Positions 19,761 through 30,887 of a DNA stretch of 64,000 nt are shown here, piece by piece. The position numbers and the translations under genes were made by a program. The stretch lies in NCBI GenBank assembly GCA_963775425.1, contig CAVZJB010000014.1, positions 191,205-255,204 of the forward strand, given 5' to 3'. Numbering within the stretch: position 1 is the stretch's first letter; each line of letters begins with the position of its first letter. The notes beneath the pieces were generated by a model, which had not been told where the DNA came from, searched no databases, and was given only the letters and a program-made list of their open reading frames with translations. This DNA comes from an uncultured delta proteobacterium. GTDB taxonomy: Bacteria > Myxococcota > UBA727 > VGSZ01.

Positions 19761-21374
19761 CTACAAGAGGCAGTTGTTGCCGACGCTGTCGCTCTGCCAG
19801 CCGCAGCGTTGGCCCGTCGACGCGCAGTCGAACGACTGCGGCGCGCCGTCCTCGCACCACTCGAGCGTGCTGCCGTCGCAGGTGCCGGCGTAGTCGAGGC
19901 CGCCGCACGGATCCGGCGGCGGCGGCGGCGGCGCGATGCAGTTGTTGCCGACGGCGTCGTCCTGCCAGCCGCACGCGGGCAGCGCCGTGGTCGCGCAGTC
20001 GACGGAGCGCACGGCGCCGCCCTCGCACCACGACAGCACGCTGCCGTCGCAGGCGCCGGCGAAGTCGAGCCCGTGGCAGGGGTCCTCGGGCGGGGGCGGA
20101 GGCGGCGGCGGCGGCGCGGGAGGGGCGCTCTCGGCGAGGCAGTTGTTGCCGACGGTGTCGTCCTGCCACCCGCACGAGGGCCGCGGCGTCTGCGCGCAGT
20201 CCACGGAGCGCACGCCGCCGCCTTCGCACCATTGAAGCACCGTGCCGTCGCAGGCGCCGGCGTAGCTCAGCCCGTCGCACGGATCCGTCGCCGGCGGCGG
20301 CGGGGCGTCGTCGGCGCCGCCGGTGACGAGCGCCATGTAGTGGTCCCAGTCGAAGTACGGCCCCGGGTCCGTGTGGTTGTTCCCGGGCACCTCGCTGTGC
20401 CCGACGATGTGCGCCCGATCCATCGGGATGCCCCAGCGCCGGCAGATGTCGCGCACCAGCCGCGCCGACGACTGCATCATGGCCTCGGTGAACCAGCCCG
20501 GCTCGTCCGCCACCGCCTCGTGCTCGATGCCGATGGCGCGCTCGTTCCAATTGAGCACGTGGAACGCGGTGTCCTGCTCGTGGACCATCTGCGTGATCTC
20601 GCCGTCCGACGAGCGGATCACGTAGTGCGCGCTCGTCAGCCGCGTGTTGATCGCCGAGCGGAACCAGCCGATGGCGCCGTCGTAGCTGCCCTCGGTGGTG
20701 TGCAGGACGATGCGGTCCACCGGCGCCGCGCGCCCGGCGTGCCAGTGGTCGTAGCGCGCCTCGAGGTAGCGCACGGCGTACGGCGAGTCCGTGGAGAGCG
20801 CCTGCGTCTTCACCTGTTGCGCGCTCGCCTTGCCGCGGCCGGAGAGGACGAGGTGCTCGCCGGTGGAGGCGTCGCCCTCCGCGCCGACGTCGATGACGCG
20901 GAGCACCTCGTCGGCGTAGTGGCCGCCGGCGACGTCGTCGTCGGCGCCGTAGCGCGCGAGCGCGTCGTGCCAGCCGCGCAGCACCTTGGGGACGTTGCCG
21001 TCGGCGCCGGCGGCGAGGACGCGCAGCGCCTCGGCGGCCGTGCGCACGTTGTCCTCGGGCACCGCGCGCGCGTCGGCCGGATCGATGCCGAGCGCGCGGG
21101 CGGCGGACGCCAGCCGCGGCTGGTCCGGCCTGTCGACGATGCCCATCAGGCCCTGCGCGCCGCGCCCGTGCTCGTCGTCGATCACGGCGTCGTGCATCCG
21201 CCAGCGCGACTCCACGTAGCCCACGGCGAGCAGGACCTCCTCGGGCACCCCGCTCTCGGCGGCGGCGAGCCGGAACGAGCGGCGCAGCGGCCCGTCCTCG
21301 TCCCTCGGAGCGACGCGGTTTTGGCAGCCGGCGGCGGCGGCGATGATCAAGATGGATGCGAGCGCGCAACGCAT
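19761..21374 (-). CDS. N-acetylmuramoyl-L-alanine amidase (Amidase_2) lipoprotein with lysozyme-like N-domain and 3 Cys-rich C-terminal repeats
   Basis: Lipobox AAGC, GVP..VLLAVGYVESRW, IVLHTTEG, SAHYV, AFH....N..AIGIEHE, IVGHSEV...HTDPG. Confidence 0.9.
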   Translation of the reverse strand: MRCALASILIIAAAAGCQNRVAPRDEDGPLRRSFRLAAAESGVPEEVLLAVGYVESRWRMHDAVIDDEHGRGAQGLMGIVDRPDQPRLASAARALGIDPADARAVPEDNVRTAAEALRVLAAGADGNVPKVLRGWHDALARYGADDDVAGGHYADEVLRVIDVGAEGDASTGEHLVLSGRGKASAQQVKTQALSTDSPYAVRYLEARYDHWHAGRAAPVDRIVLHTTEGSYDGAIGWFRSAINTRLTSAHYVIRSSDGEITQMVHEQDTAFHVLNWNERAIGIEHEAVADEPGWFTEAMMQSSARLVRDICRRWGIPMDRAHIVGHSEVPGNNHTDPGPYFDWDHYMALVTGGADDAPPPPATDPCDGLSYAGACDGTVLQWCEGGGVRSVDCAQTPRPSCGWQDDTVGNNCLAESAPPAPPPPPPPPPEDPCHGLDFAGACDGSVLSWCEGGAVRSVDCATTALPACGWQDDAVGNNCIAPPPPPPDPCGGLDYAGTCDGSTLEWCEDGAPQSFDCASTGQRCGWQSDSVGNNCLL

Positions 21375-21390
21375 GGTGTCTCCCTTCCCG

Positions 21391-21460
21391 TTGACACGGG
21401 AGTCAATCTCTTCGCGCGCGCTTCTACATCGGAAGCCGGGTTGATTGATACATCAGTCAA
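21391..21460. promoter_or_regulatory. Two palindromic operator-like sites between the divergent amidase and LOX-like genes
   Basis: TTGAC-acggga-GTCAA (21391-21406) and TTGATTGAT-ac-ATCAGTCAA (21441-21460) in a locally AT-rich intergenic region. Confidence 0.55.
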
Positions 21461-21621
21461 TATCCCGAGAACCCCGAAAACACTGACGTTTCCGTCGCCC
21501 TTTGCCGCCCCGCGGGGGGCCGGACGTCGTGGGCCTTTCGGAGGACCCCGGGCGCGACGCGGCGCACACGGCGCGCGCATCTCGAGGGGCGGCGCACCCG
21601 CGCCGGGGTAGAGTCCCGGCC

Positions 21622-22608
21622 ATGCGTGCCGCCGTCCTCTTCGCGTTCGTCCTGGGCTTCGCCGCCGGGTGTCCCGTCCCGGGAGAGGGCGAGGGCGAGG
21701 GCGAGGGCGAGGGCGACGTCGGCGAGGGCGAGGGCGAAGGCGAGGGCGAAGGCGAAGGCGAAGGAGAAGGCGAGGGCGAGGGCGAGGGTGAGGGTGAGGG
21801 TGAGGGAGAAGGCGAGGGCGAGCCCCCCTGCGAAAACGGCGTCGACGACGACGGCGACGGCTTCGTGGACGCCGCCGACCCCGGCTGCCTCGCGGGCAAC
21901 GCCGACGAGAGCGACGATCAGTGCAACGACGGCTTCGACAACGACTTCGACGGCCTCGTCGACGGTGAGGACGACGCGTGCGCCACCGGCGGCGAGCTGT
22001 CCGGGGGCATGCCCGATCTGATCGTGGTCGGTGAGCGCGGCGACGTGTTCACGGATCGCCAGGGCACTCCCACGGCGGACGGCAACCCGCGCGTGCGCCA
22101 GACCAACGTCTCCGACAGCGACCCCGAGCGCATCGAGGGCTGCTTCACCGGCAGCGGCCAGCGCAGGATCCTCGAGTTCAACGCGATCATCGGCAACGTC
22201 GGCACCGCGGACCTCGTCGTCGGCGCCACCGAGACGCACCCGCCCATCTGGGACAACAACAACGCCCTCGGCCAGCTCCAGTTCGAGGGCTGGCTGCGCT
22301 TCACCGTCACCGACGCGAGCGGCGCCGTCGTCGCCAGCGGCCACAAGGGCAGCTTCTGCATGATCGACATCTTCGACCTCGGGCTCGGCGGCCAGCAGCA
22401 GTTCCTGGACTGTGGCAGCGGCCAGGGCGTGAGCGTCAACTACGCCGACGAGTACTCCATCGGGCTGCCCTGCCAGTTCGTCGACGTCACCGACGTGCCC
22501 GCCGGCGACTACACGCTCACCATCGAGGCGGACGTCACGCACCAGCTCCCCGAGAGCGACTACACGAACAACGCCGCGTCGCTCACCTTCCACCTGGATC
22601 CCCCATGA
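21622..22608 (+). CDS. GE-repeat lipoprotein with lysyl-oxidase-like domain (His motif absent), paralog 1
   Basis: Lipobox AAGC, GE tract, C.NG.DDD.DG..D..DP.C repeats, ILEF...IGNVG, GHKGSFCMID, DEY...LPCQFVDVTDVP.GDY, ESDY.NN. Confidence 0.82.
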   Translation: MRAAVLFAFVLGFAAGCPVPGEGEGEGEGEGDVGEGEGEGEGEGEGEGEGEGEGEGEGEGEGEGEGEPPCENGVDDDGDGFVDAADPGCLAGNADESDDQCNDGFDNDFDGLVDGEDDACATGGELSGGMPDLIVVGERGDVFTDRQGTPTADGNPRVRQTNVSDSDPERIEGCFTGSGQRRILEFNAIIGNVGTADLVVGATETHPPIWDNNNALGQLQFEGWLRFTVTDASGAVVASGHKGSFCMIDIFDLGLGGQQQFLDCGSGQGVSVNYADEYSIGLPCQFVDVTDVPAGDYTLTIEADVTHQLPESDYTNNAASLTFHLDPP

Positions 22609-23657
22609 GATCGCCCGCCTTCCCGCTCGCCGCCCTCGTGTCCCTCGGCTGGGCGCTCGCCGGCCTCGCCGCCGCGGGGGCGTGCGGGCCCACCGACGAG
22701 ATCTGCGACAACGGCCTCGACGACGACGCCGACGGCCACACCGACTGCGACGACGCCGACTGCGCCGCCGAGTGCGGCGGCGGCGAAGGCGAGGGCGAGG
22801 GCGAAGGCGAGGGTGACGAAGGCGAAGGTGAGGGCGAGGGCGACGAGGGCGAAGGCGAGGGCGAAGGCGAGGGCGAGGGCGAGGGCGAGGGCGAGGGCGA
22901 GATCGTCGGCGCCGACAACTGCGTCGACGGCGCCGACAACGACGGGGACTTCCTGGTCGACCGCGCCGACCCCGGCTGTCGCGACACCACCCTCGACCGC
23001 GAGGGCGACGACGATCAGTGCCACAACGGCATCGACGACGACTACGACGGCGTCGCGGACGACGCCGACGACGACTGCATCAACTTCGCCCGCGAGGCGG
23101 ACCCCGACAACCTCCCCGACCTGGTGGTGCTCGGCGATCGCGCGGGGCCCATCGAGATCGGGACCGCCCAGGTCGCCGACGGGGACCCCGAGCTCGTCGA
23201 GCACTGCTACGGCGGCACGGGCACGCGCAAGGTCCTGCGCTTCGACACCGTGGTGGCCAACATGGGCCCCGGCGTCCTCAACTACGGCGCCCCCGAGCAA
23301 CACCCGGGCGTCTGGGTGCAGGACGCCTTCGGCCAGCTCGAGTTCCCCGGCTGGTCCCGCTTCACGCTCACGGACGGAAACGGCGACGTCGTCGCCAGCG
23401 GCCACAAGGGCAGCTTCTGCATGACGGACTTCACGCCCCCGCTGGTGGACAACGCGCCCCAGACGCTCCCGGGGTGCTCCGGCATCGACGTCTTCTATTA
23501 CGACATCTACGGCCGTGGCCTCGCGTGCCAGTTCGTCGACATCACCGACGTGGCGCCGGGCGACTACACGCTCGGCATCGAGACCAACGTCTTCCACGAC
23601 CTCCCGGAGAACAACTACGACAACAACTCCGCGGAGATCCCGGTCACCATTCCGTAG
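22605..23657 (+). CDS. GE-repeat lipoprotein with lysyl-oxidase-like domain (His motif absent), paralog 2
   Basis: Lipobox AGAC, GE tract, VLRFDT..ANMG, GHKGSFCMTD, YDIY...LACQFVDITDV.PGDY, ENNYDNN. ATGA overlap with paralog 1. Confidence 0.82.
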   Translation: MRSPAFPLAALVSLGWALAGLAAAGACGPTDEICDNGLDDDADGHTDCDDADCAAECGGGEGEGEGEGEGDEGEGEGEGDEGEGEGEGEGEGEGEGEGEIVGADNCVDGADNDGDFLVDRADPGCRDTTLDREGDDDQCHNGIDDDYDGVADDADDDCINFAREADPDNLPDLVVLGDRAGPIEIGTAQVADGDPELVEHCYGGTGTRKVLRFDTVVANMGPGVLNYGAPEQHPGVWVQDAFGQLEFPGWSRFTLTDGNGDVVASGHKGSFCMTDFTPPLVDNAPQTLPGCSGIDVFYYDIYGRGLACQFVDITDVAPGDYTLGIETNVFHDLPENNYDNNSAEIPVTIP

Positions 23658-23672
23658 TAGGGTCCACACACC

Positions 23673-24973
<1,301 letters not shown>

Positions 24974-24977
<4 letters not shown>

Positions 24978-25450
24978 TCGCCGCCGTCGTCGCCGTCTTC
25001 CTGGCGCACGCGGCCCCCCCGGAGCCTCCGCCCGCCGACGTGCTGCCGCCGGACGCGCCCGCCGTCGTCGCGGGCGCGTCGGTGGCGGGCTTCGTCGGGG
25101 GCACGCTGTTCGCCGTGCCCGCGGTGCTCGCGCTGTTGCCCGGCCCCGGGCCGTTCGTGGCGTGGCCCGTGGGGCTCGCGCTGGCCGGCGGCGGCGCGGC
25201 CTTCGGCGGCTTCCTCGGCGAGCTCTCCTACGCGCGCATCGGCGGCTCGGGCGTGGTCGCGGGCACCGCCGCGGCGGCCGCGCTCGTCGGGGCGACCGCC
25301 GGCGGCTTCGGCGGCGCGGGGCTCGGCGCGACGACGTCATCGACGGACGCGGTCTTCTTCGGGCTCGTCGGCGCCGCCGTCGGGGGCATCGCCGGCGCAG
25401 CGGCGGGTGGCGCGGCCGGCGCCCTGTGGGTTCCGCCGGAGGAGCGCTGA
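24974..25450 (+). CDS. Gly/Ala-rich hypothetical membrane protein
   Basis: GTGA overlap with the gltA stop and several hydrophobic glycine-rich helices. Confidence 0.65.
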
Positions 25451-25493
25451 CCCGCCCAAAACGGCGGCGCGATGGTTCGGCTAGGCTGAGGGG

Positions 25494-26571
25494 GTGCGGG
25501 TGCCGACGTTCTGGCGTGGGACGGCCGCGTGGGGTCTGGCCGCCCTCGCGACGAGCGCGCTCCTCTCGGGCTGCGCCGACCCCTTGCTCCTCGCGTGCAG
25601 CGAAGGCGGCGACTGCCCCTCGGGCGTCTGCGGCGCCGGCGGCCTCTGCGCGGCGGTCGGCGAAGGCGAGGGCGACCAGGGCGAAGGTGAAGGCGAGGGC
25701 GAAGGCGAGGGCGAGGGCGAAGGCGAAGGCGAAGGTGAAGGCGAAGGTGAAGGCGAAGGTGAAGGCGAAGGCGAGGGGGAAGGCGAGGGTGAGGGCGAGG
25801 GTGAAGGCGAAGGAGAGGGCGAAGGAGAGGGCGAAGGAGAGGGCGAAGGAGAAGGCGAAGGAGAGGGCGAGCCGTGTTTCGACACCCACGACGAGGACGG
25901 CGACGGCGTCGGCGACGCCTGCGACCTGTGCCCGTCCACGTTCGATCCGGCGCAGGCGGACGGCGACGGCGACGGCGTCGGCGACGCGTGCGACCCGCGC
26001 CCCGGGACGGCCGGCGATCGCCTGGTGTTGTTCGACGCGTTCACCGGCCAGGACCCTGCGTGGCAGGTGCGCAGCGGCGGCTGGGCGTTCACCGGCGACG
26101 CGCTCGCGACGAGCTCCGTGGGCGACGCGCAGCTCGTGCGGCGGACGGACCTCTCGTTGTCCCGCGTGCGCGTCGACGTCAACGCCGTGATCACGAACGT
26201 CGACACCGCGGGTCAACAGAACTTCGGGGTGATCACCTACCTGGACACCTCGGACAGCGGCATCATGTGCGACGCGCTCGGCGACGACGGGTTCCTCCAG
26301 CACGTCGACGTGCACGACGTCTCGGGCAACGGCGTCGGGACCGCTGCCACGTTCGCCGTGCTCTCCCCGGGAGCGCTGCCGAACGGAAACCCCTTCGTCT
26401 TGACGAACCAGACCGTCGACGGCGCGGTGAGCTGCGCGTTTTCGTCTCCGTCGTCGTCGGGGCGTGTGAGCGGCGTGCAGACGGGCCGGACCGGGCGCGG
26501 CATCGGCCTGCGCGCCAACCGCTTCGCGGTGACCGTGTTCAGCATCGCCGTCTACGAGAATCGGCGGCTGA
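25494..26571 (+). CDS. GE-repeat lipoprotein with thrombospondin type-3-like Ca-binding repeats; native stop apparently frameshifted
   Basis: Lipobox LSGC, about 32 GE units, DEDGDGVGDACDLCP and DGDGDGVGDACD. The track ORF runs to 26801 over the next gene. Removing one A at 26559-60 gives ...VYEIGG* at 26571. Confidence 0.7.
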
Positions 26572-26596
26572 GGAGCGCCCGAGGTACAGTCTCGCG

Positions 26597-27016
26597 ATGC
26601 ACGCTCATCGAGCCGTCGCCCTGTGCTTCCTCGTGTCCCTGGCCGGCGCGCTCGCGTGCCCGGCGCCGCCTGCGGGCGACGACGCCGGCCCCGGCCCCGG
26701 AGAGGGCGAGGGCGAGGGCGAAGGCGAGGGCGAGGGCGAGGGCGACGTCGCCGACGCCGGCCCCGACGTCGAGACCGACGGCAACGGCTGCCTCACCTTG
26801 AACGGCGCCTCGGTCGTCTGCGGCGGCCAGTCCGACCACGCCGTATGCGCGTCTTCGGTGTCGTGCGGCAACTCCACCGACGCGAGCCAGTGCTCGATCA
26901 ACTGCGAGATGGGAGCCACCGTCCAGTGCGAGAGCGTCGACGACGCCCATTGCATCGCGGACGCGAGCGCCGCCGACGACTGCGCCGCCCTCGCGCAGTG
27001 CCACTTCATCCTCTGA
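26597..27016 (+). CDS. Small Cys-rich GE-repeat lipoprotein
   Basis: MHAHRAVALCFLVSLAGALAC-PAP lipobox, GE tract, Cys-rich C-terminus. Confidence 0.75.
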   Translation: MHAHRAVALCFLVSLAGALACPAPPAGDDAGPGPGEGEGEGEGEGEGEGDVADAGPDVETDGNGCLTLNGASVVCGGQSDHAVCASSVSCGNSTDASQCSINCEMGATVQCESVDDAHCIADASAADDCAALAQCHFIL

Positions 27017-27076
27017 CGTCGCTCGCCCGGACGCGCGAAGCCCGCGGGCTCCGGCGGCGCGCGCGTCGCCGCCCTG

Positions 27077-28402
27077 TCAGGGGGCCGGCCCGCCGTCGGC
27101 GGGTGGGTGGGAGCCGGCGAGGAGCCCCGAGGTGAAGGCGATGCACCGCCAGATCAGCACGCGCGCGGGGCCGCGGTCCTTGGGGTCGCCGGTGAAGAGC
27201 ACGAGGACGACGGCGAGGGCGATGACGACGACGGCCGCGGCCGCGGCCGCGCCGGCGCGCTTGAGCGCGCGCTTCCAGCGAACGCCGCTCACGCCCGTGG
27301 AAGCCGTGACGTCGCCGGGAGCCGGCCGCGGGAGCAGGCGCCGTCCGCTCCCTTCCCGCGGGGCCTCGTCGGTGGTGTCGCGGGGGCGCGCGCGCACCAC
27401 CTGGGTGTCGCCGGAGCGCGCCGGCTCGCCCGGCGCCGTCGGCGCCGCGTCCCACACCGGCGCGCCGGCGGGCAGGGACGGGAGCCCGTCGATGGAGACG
27501 AAGGTCGGGTCGTCGGCTTCCGCGCCGAGGCGCCGCAGGCGCTCGATCAGCCCGGCCGCGGACGACAAGCGCAGCGCGGCGTCCGGCTCGAGGAGCTCGG
27601 CGACGAGGGTCTCGAGCGCCGGCGACACCGGCTGCTGACACACCTCGCCGAGCCGCGGCGCCCGGCGGAAGTAGCGCTCGACGTCGGCGTCGTAGTCGTC
27701 GTTGTCGACGATGCCCGTGTCGATGACGGCGGCGCCGTGGGGCTTGTTGCCGGTGAGCATCTCGAACCACATCACGCCGACCGAGTACAGGTCCGACGCC
27801 GCCGTGGCCCGCGCGCCGCGGATGCACTCGGGGGCGACGTAGCCCCGCGTCCCGAGCACGACGCCGACCTGGGTCAGCCGCGTACTCGAGCGCATCGGCA
27901 GGGCGATGCCGAAGTCGAGCACCTTGGCGAGGGTGCGCCCGCCGTCGACGGGGACCAGCATGACGTTGGCCGGCTTGAGGTCGCGGTGCAGGACGCCGCT
28001 TTCATGCGCCGCCGCCAACGCGCGCGCGACGTCGCTCACCACGGCGACGGACTCGGCGGGCGACAGCGGCGCGCGCTTGATGCGCGCCGCCAACGTCTCG
28101 CCCGGGACGAGCTCCATGGCGAAGATGGCGCGGTGCTCCTCGTCGATGAAGTCGACGACGCCGACGACGTTTTCGTGCTTCAGCCCGCGCGCGATCTTCG
28201 CCTCGCGGCGCGAGCGGGCCCGCAGCTCGTCGTCACCGTCCGCGAGGTCCACGATCTTGAGGGCGACTTCGTGGTCGGCGCCCTCTTCGCGCGCGGCGTA
28301 CACCGTGCCGGCGCCGCCTTCGCCGATCACGCGCACAAGGCGGTAGCGGCCAGCGACGAGCCCGCCGACCCGCGTGTCCTCATCCGCCGGCGATCGCCGC
28401 AT
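27077..28402 (-). CDS. Hanks-type Ser/Thr protein kinase with C-terminal TM
   Basis: IGEGGAGTVY, VALK, HRDLKPANV, KVLDFGIA, GT.GYVAPE, SDLYSVG. Confidence 0.93.
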   Translation of the reverse strand: MRRSPADEDTRVGGLVAGRYRLVRVIGEGGAGTVYAAREEGADHEVALKIVDLADGDDELRARSRREAKIARGLKHENVVGVVDFIDEEHRAIFAMELVPGETLAARIKRAPLSPAESVAVVSDVARALAAAHESGVLHRDLKPANVMLVPVDGGRTLAKVLDFGIALPMRSSTRLTQVGVVLGTRGYVAPECIRGARATAASDLYSVGVMWFEMLTGNKPHGAAVIDTGIVDNDDYDADVERYFRRAPRLGEVCQQPVSPALETLVAELLEPDAALRLSSAAGLIERLRRLGAEADDPTFVSIDGLPSLPAGAPVWDAAPTAPGEPARSGDTQVVRARPRDTTDEAPREGSGRRLLPRPAPGDVTASTGVSGVRWKRALKRAGAAAAAAVVVIALAVVLVLFTGDPKDRGPARVLIWRCIAFTSGLLAGSHPPADGGPAP

Positions 28403-28418
28403 CGACCGATCCTAAGCC

Positions 28419-30188
28419 TCAAGAGCGCGTGATGCGATCCACGACGCGAAACAGGGCGACGCCGCACAGGCCCGCCACCAGCAGCAGGGCCGCCCCCACG
28501 ACGCGGGGGCCGAGGATCAACTGGCCGATGGCGAAGACGCTCATGTAGACGACGGCGACGCCGAGGACGAAGCCGGCGACGATGAGCGCCGTGGGCGCCG
28601 GCGGCGGCGCCGTGCCCAGGCGGGCGTAGGCGCTCGCCCAGCCCGCACCGAACGGCTTCACGCGCTCGATGAAGCCGCGCAGCACGTCGTCGTTCTCGGG
28701 CCGCGTTACCAGCGTGACGCCGAGCCAGACGAGGGTGGAGCCGGCCACCGTGAACAGCAGGATGAGCGCCTGCGCGCGCAGGTCGGCGCCCGGCTCCTTC
28801 GACGTCGTCGAAAACAGCGCGGAGCCGACCAGGGAGAACACCACGCTCGCGGCCATGGCGCTGATCTCGCTCCACGCGTTCACGCGCCACCACAGCCAGC
28901 GCAGGATGAGCACCAGGCCCGTGCCGCTGCCGAGCGCGATCAGGAAGCGCCAGGCGTTGGTGATGGTGTCCATCTGCGACGTCACCGCGATGGAGAGCAT
29001 GAAGAGCACCGCCGTGACGGCGCGCGAGATGGTCACCAGCTCGCGCTGCCCGGCCGTGGGCTTGACGAAGCGCTTGTAGACGTCGTTGACGAGGTACGAG
29101 GCGCCCCAGTTCAAGTGCGTCGACACCGTGGACATGTACGCGGCGAGGAACGCCGCGAGCAGGAACCCGCGCCAGCCGGTGGGGAGGAGGTCCACCATCG
29201 CCTGCACGTAGGCCGCCTCGTGGTCGTGCGGGTGCTCGGCGTCGAGGAAGACGCCGCCGGGATAGAGGATGACGGTGCACAGGCCGGTGACGATCCAGGG
29301 CCACGGCCGGAGCGCATAGTGGCCGACGTTGAAGAACAGCACCGAGAGTACGCCGTCCTTCTCGCTCTTCGTCGAGAAGATGCGTTGGGCGATGTAGCCG
29401 CCGCCGCCCGGCTCCGCGCCCGGGTACCACGCGGCCCACCACTGCACGCCGAGGAACGTGAACAACGCGATGGCGGGCAGCCACGGCGAGCCCAGGGGCG
29501 GGAGCACGCCGATGGCGGCGTCGACGGAGCCGAAGTGGTGCCCGACGCCTTCCTTGAGCGCGTCGATGCCGCCCACCTTGTCGACGCAGATGGCGGCGAG
29601 CGCGATGACGGCGATCATCATGATCACGAGCTGGACGAGGTCGGTCCACAGCGCCGCCCACATGCCGCCGGCGGCGGAGTACGCGACGGTGACGGCGAAG
29701 CAGGCGAGCATCGCGAGCCACGCGTCGATGTGCAGCGTGATGCGCAGGACCTTGATCATCGCGAGGTTCACCCAGCCGAGGATGATCAGGTTGACGGGGA
29801 GCGCGAGGAACACCGCGCGGAACGCGCGCAGCACCTTGGCGGCGGCGCCGCCGTAGCGGATCTCGACGAGCTCGACGTCGCTGAGCACGCCCGCGCGGTG
29901 CCACAGGCGCGCGGTGACGAAGACGGTGAAGATGCCGCTCATCACCATGCACCACCACAGCCAGTTGCCGGAGACGCCGTGGGAGGCGACGAGCCCGGTG
30001 ACGACGAGGGGGGTGTCGGCCGCGAAGGTGGTGGCGATCATGCCCGCGCCGGCGAGCCACCAGGGCGCCTTGCGCCCCGCCACGAAGTACTGCTCCATCG
30101 ACTGCGACGCGCGCTTGCTGAAGCGCGCGCCGACGATGACGACGAGCACGAAGTAGGCGGCGACCAACGCCCAGTCGACGACGCTCAC
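28419..30188 (-). CDS. Sodium:solute symporter (SSS family)
   Basis: YFVAGR.APWW, ATTFAADTPL, WTDLVQ, AAYMST, many TM segments. GTG start at 30188. Confidence 0.93.
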   Translation of the reverse strand: MSVVDWALVAAYFVLVVIVGARFSKRASQSMEQYFVAGRKAPWWLAGAGMIATTFAADTPLVVTGLVASHGVSGNWLWWCMVMSGIFTVFVTARLWHRAGVLSDVELVEIRYGGAAAKVLRAFRAVFLALPVNLIILGWVNLAMIKVLRITLHIDAWLAMLACFAVTVAYSAAGGMWAALWTDLVQLVIMMIAVIALAAICVDKVGGIDALKEGVGHHFGSVDAAIGVLPPLGSPWLPAIALFTFLGVQWWAAWYPGAEPGGGGYIAQRIFSTKSEKDGVLSVLFFNVGHYALRPWPWIVTGLCTVILYPGGVFLDAEHPHDHEAAYVQAMVDLLPTGWRGFLLAAFLAAYMSTVSTHLNWGASYLVNDVYKRFVKPTAGQRELVTISRAVTAVLFMLSIAVTSQMDTITNAWRFLIALGSGTGLVLILRWLWWRVNAWSEISAMAASVVFSLVGSALFSTTSKEPGADLRAQALILLFTVAGSTLVWLGVTLVTRPENDDVLRGFIERVKPFGAGWASAYARLGTAPPPAPTALIVAGFVLGVAVVYMSVFAIGQLILGPRVVGAALLLVAGLCGVALFRVVDRITRS

Positions 30189-30329
30189 GCTCCTGTCCTC
30201 GCGCGCATGCCGCCACGGTACGCGCGAACGACCCCCGCGCACAAACGCCCCCGCACGCCCGCTCGATGCCGTCCGCTCGATGCACGCGCGCCGCTTGTGC
30301 CAGGCCCGCCGTTGCGCGAAGTTCAGCGC

Positions 30330-30884
30330 GTGAAGCCCGCCGTGCTCGCCGTCCTCGTCGCCGCGTGCGTCTCCGTCGCCGGAGCTCGCGCCGACGAGGC
30401 GGCGCCGGCCCCCGCGCCGGAGCAGCCGTCGTCGTCACCTGCGCCGGCCCCCGCGCCGGAGCAGCCGTCGTCGTCGACACCTGCGCCGGCCCCCGCGCCG
30501 TCGCCGTCGCCGTCGCCGTCGTCGTCGTCGTCGTCGTCGTCATCGTCGGCTGCGTCGCCGTCGTCGTCGTCGGCTGCGGCGCCCGCGCCGTCGTCGCCGC
30601 CCCCCGCGGCCGTCGAGCCCGAGGGCGGAGTGGGCGGCACCGGGAGGCTCGGCGTCGGGCTGCTCGCCGTCGGGGCGGCGCTGGCGACGTCCACGGCGGC
30701 GGGGGTGACGCTCCTGCAGGCCGTGACGACGCCCGACGACAACCGGAACAAGCCGCAGCACCCGGAGATCGTGCAGGTGAGCGGCTTCGCGACCATCACG
30801 CTCGCGTCGTTGTCGGCGGGCCTGATGATCTTCGGCGCCGGGCTCGTCGCGGAGGACGCGGTCCAGGCGCCCGCGACCCCGTAG
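30330..30884 (+). CDS. Hypothetical exported/membrane protein with Pro/Ser-rich linker
   Basis: Signal peptide ending ARA-DE, PAPAPEQPSSS repeats, two C-terminal hydrophobic helices. Confidence 0.6.
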   Translation: MKPAVLAVLVAACVSVAGARADEAAPAPAPEQPSSSPAPAPAPEQPSSSTPAPAPAPSPSPSPSSSSSSSSSSAASPSSSSAAAPAPSSPPPAAVEPEGGVGGTGRLGVGLLAVGAALATSTAAGVTLLQAVTTPDDNRNKPQHPEIVQVSGFATITLASLSAGLMIFGAGLVAEDAVQAPATP

Positions 30885-30887
30885 CGC

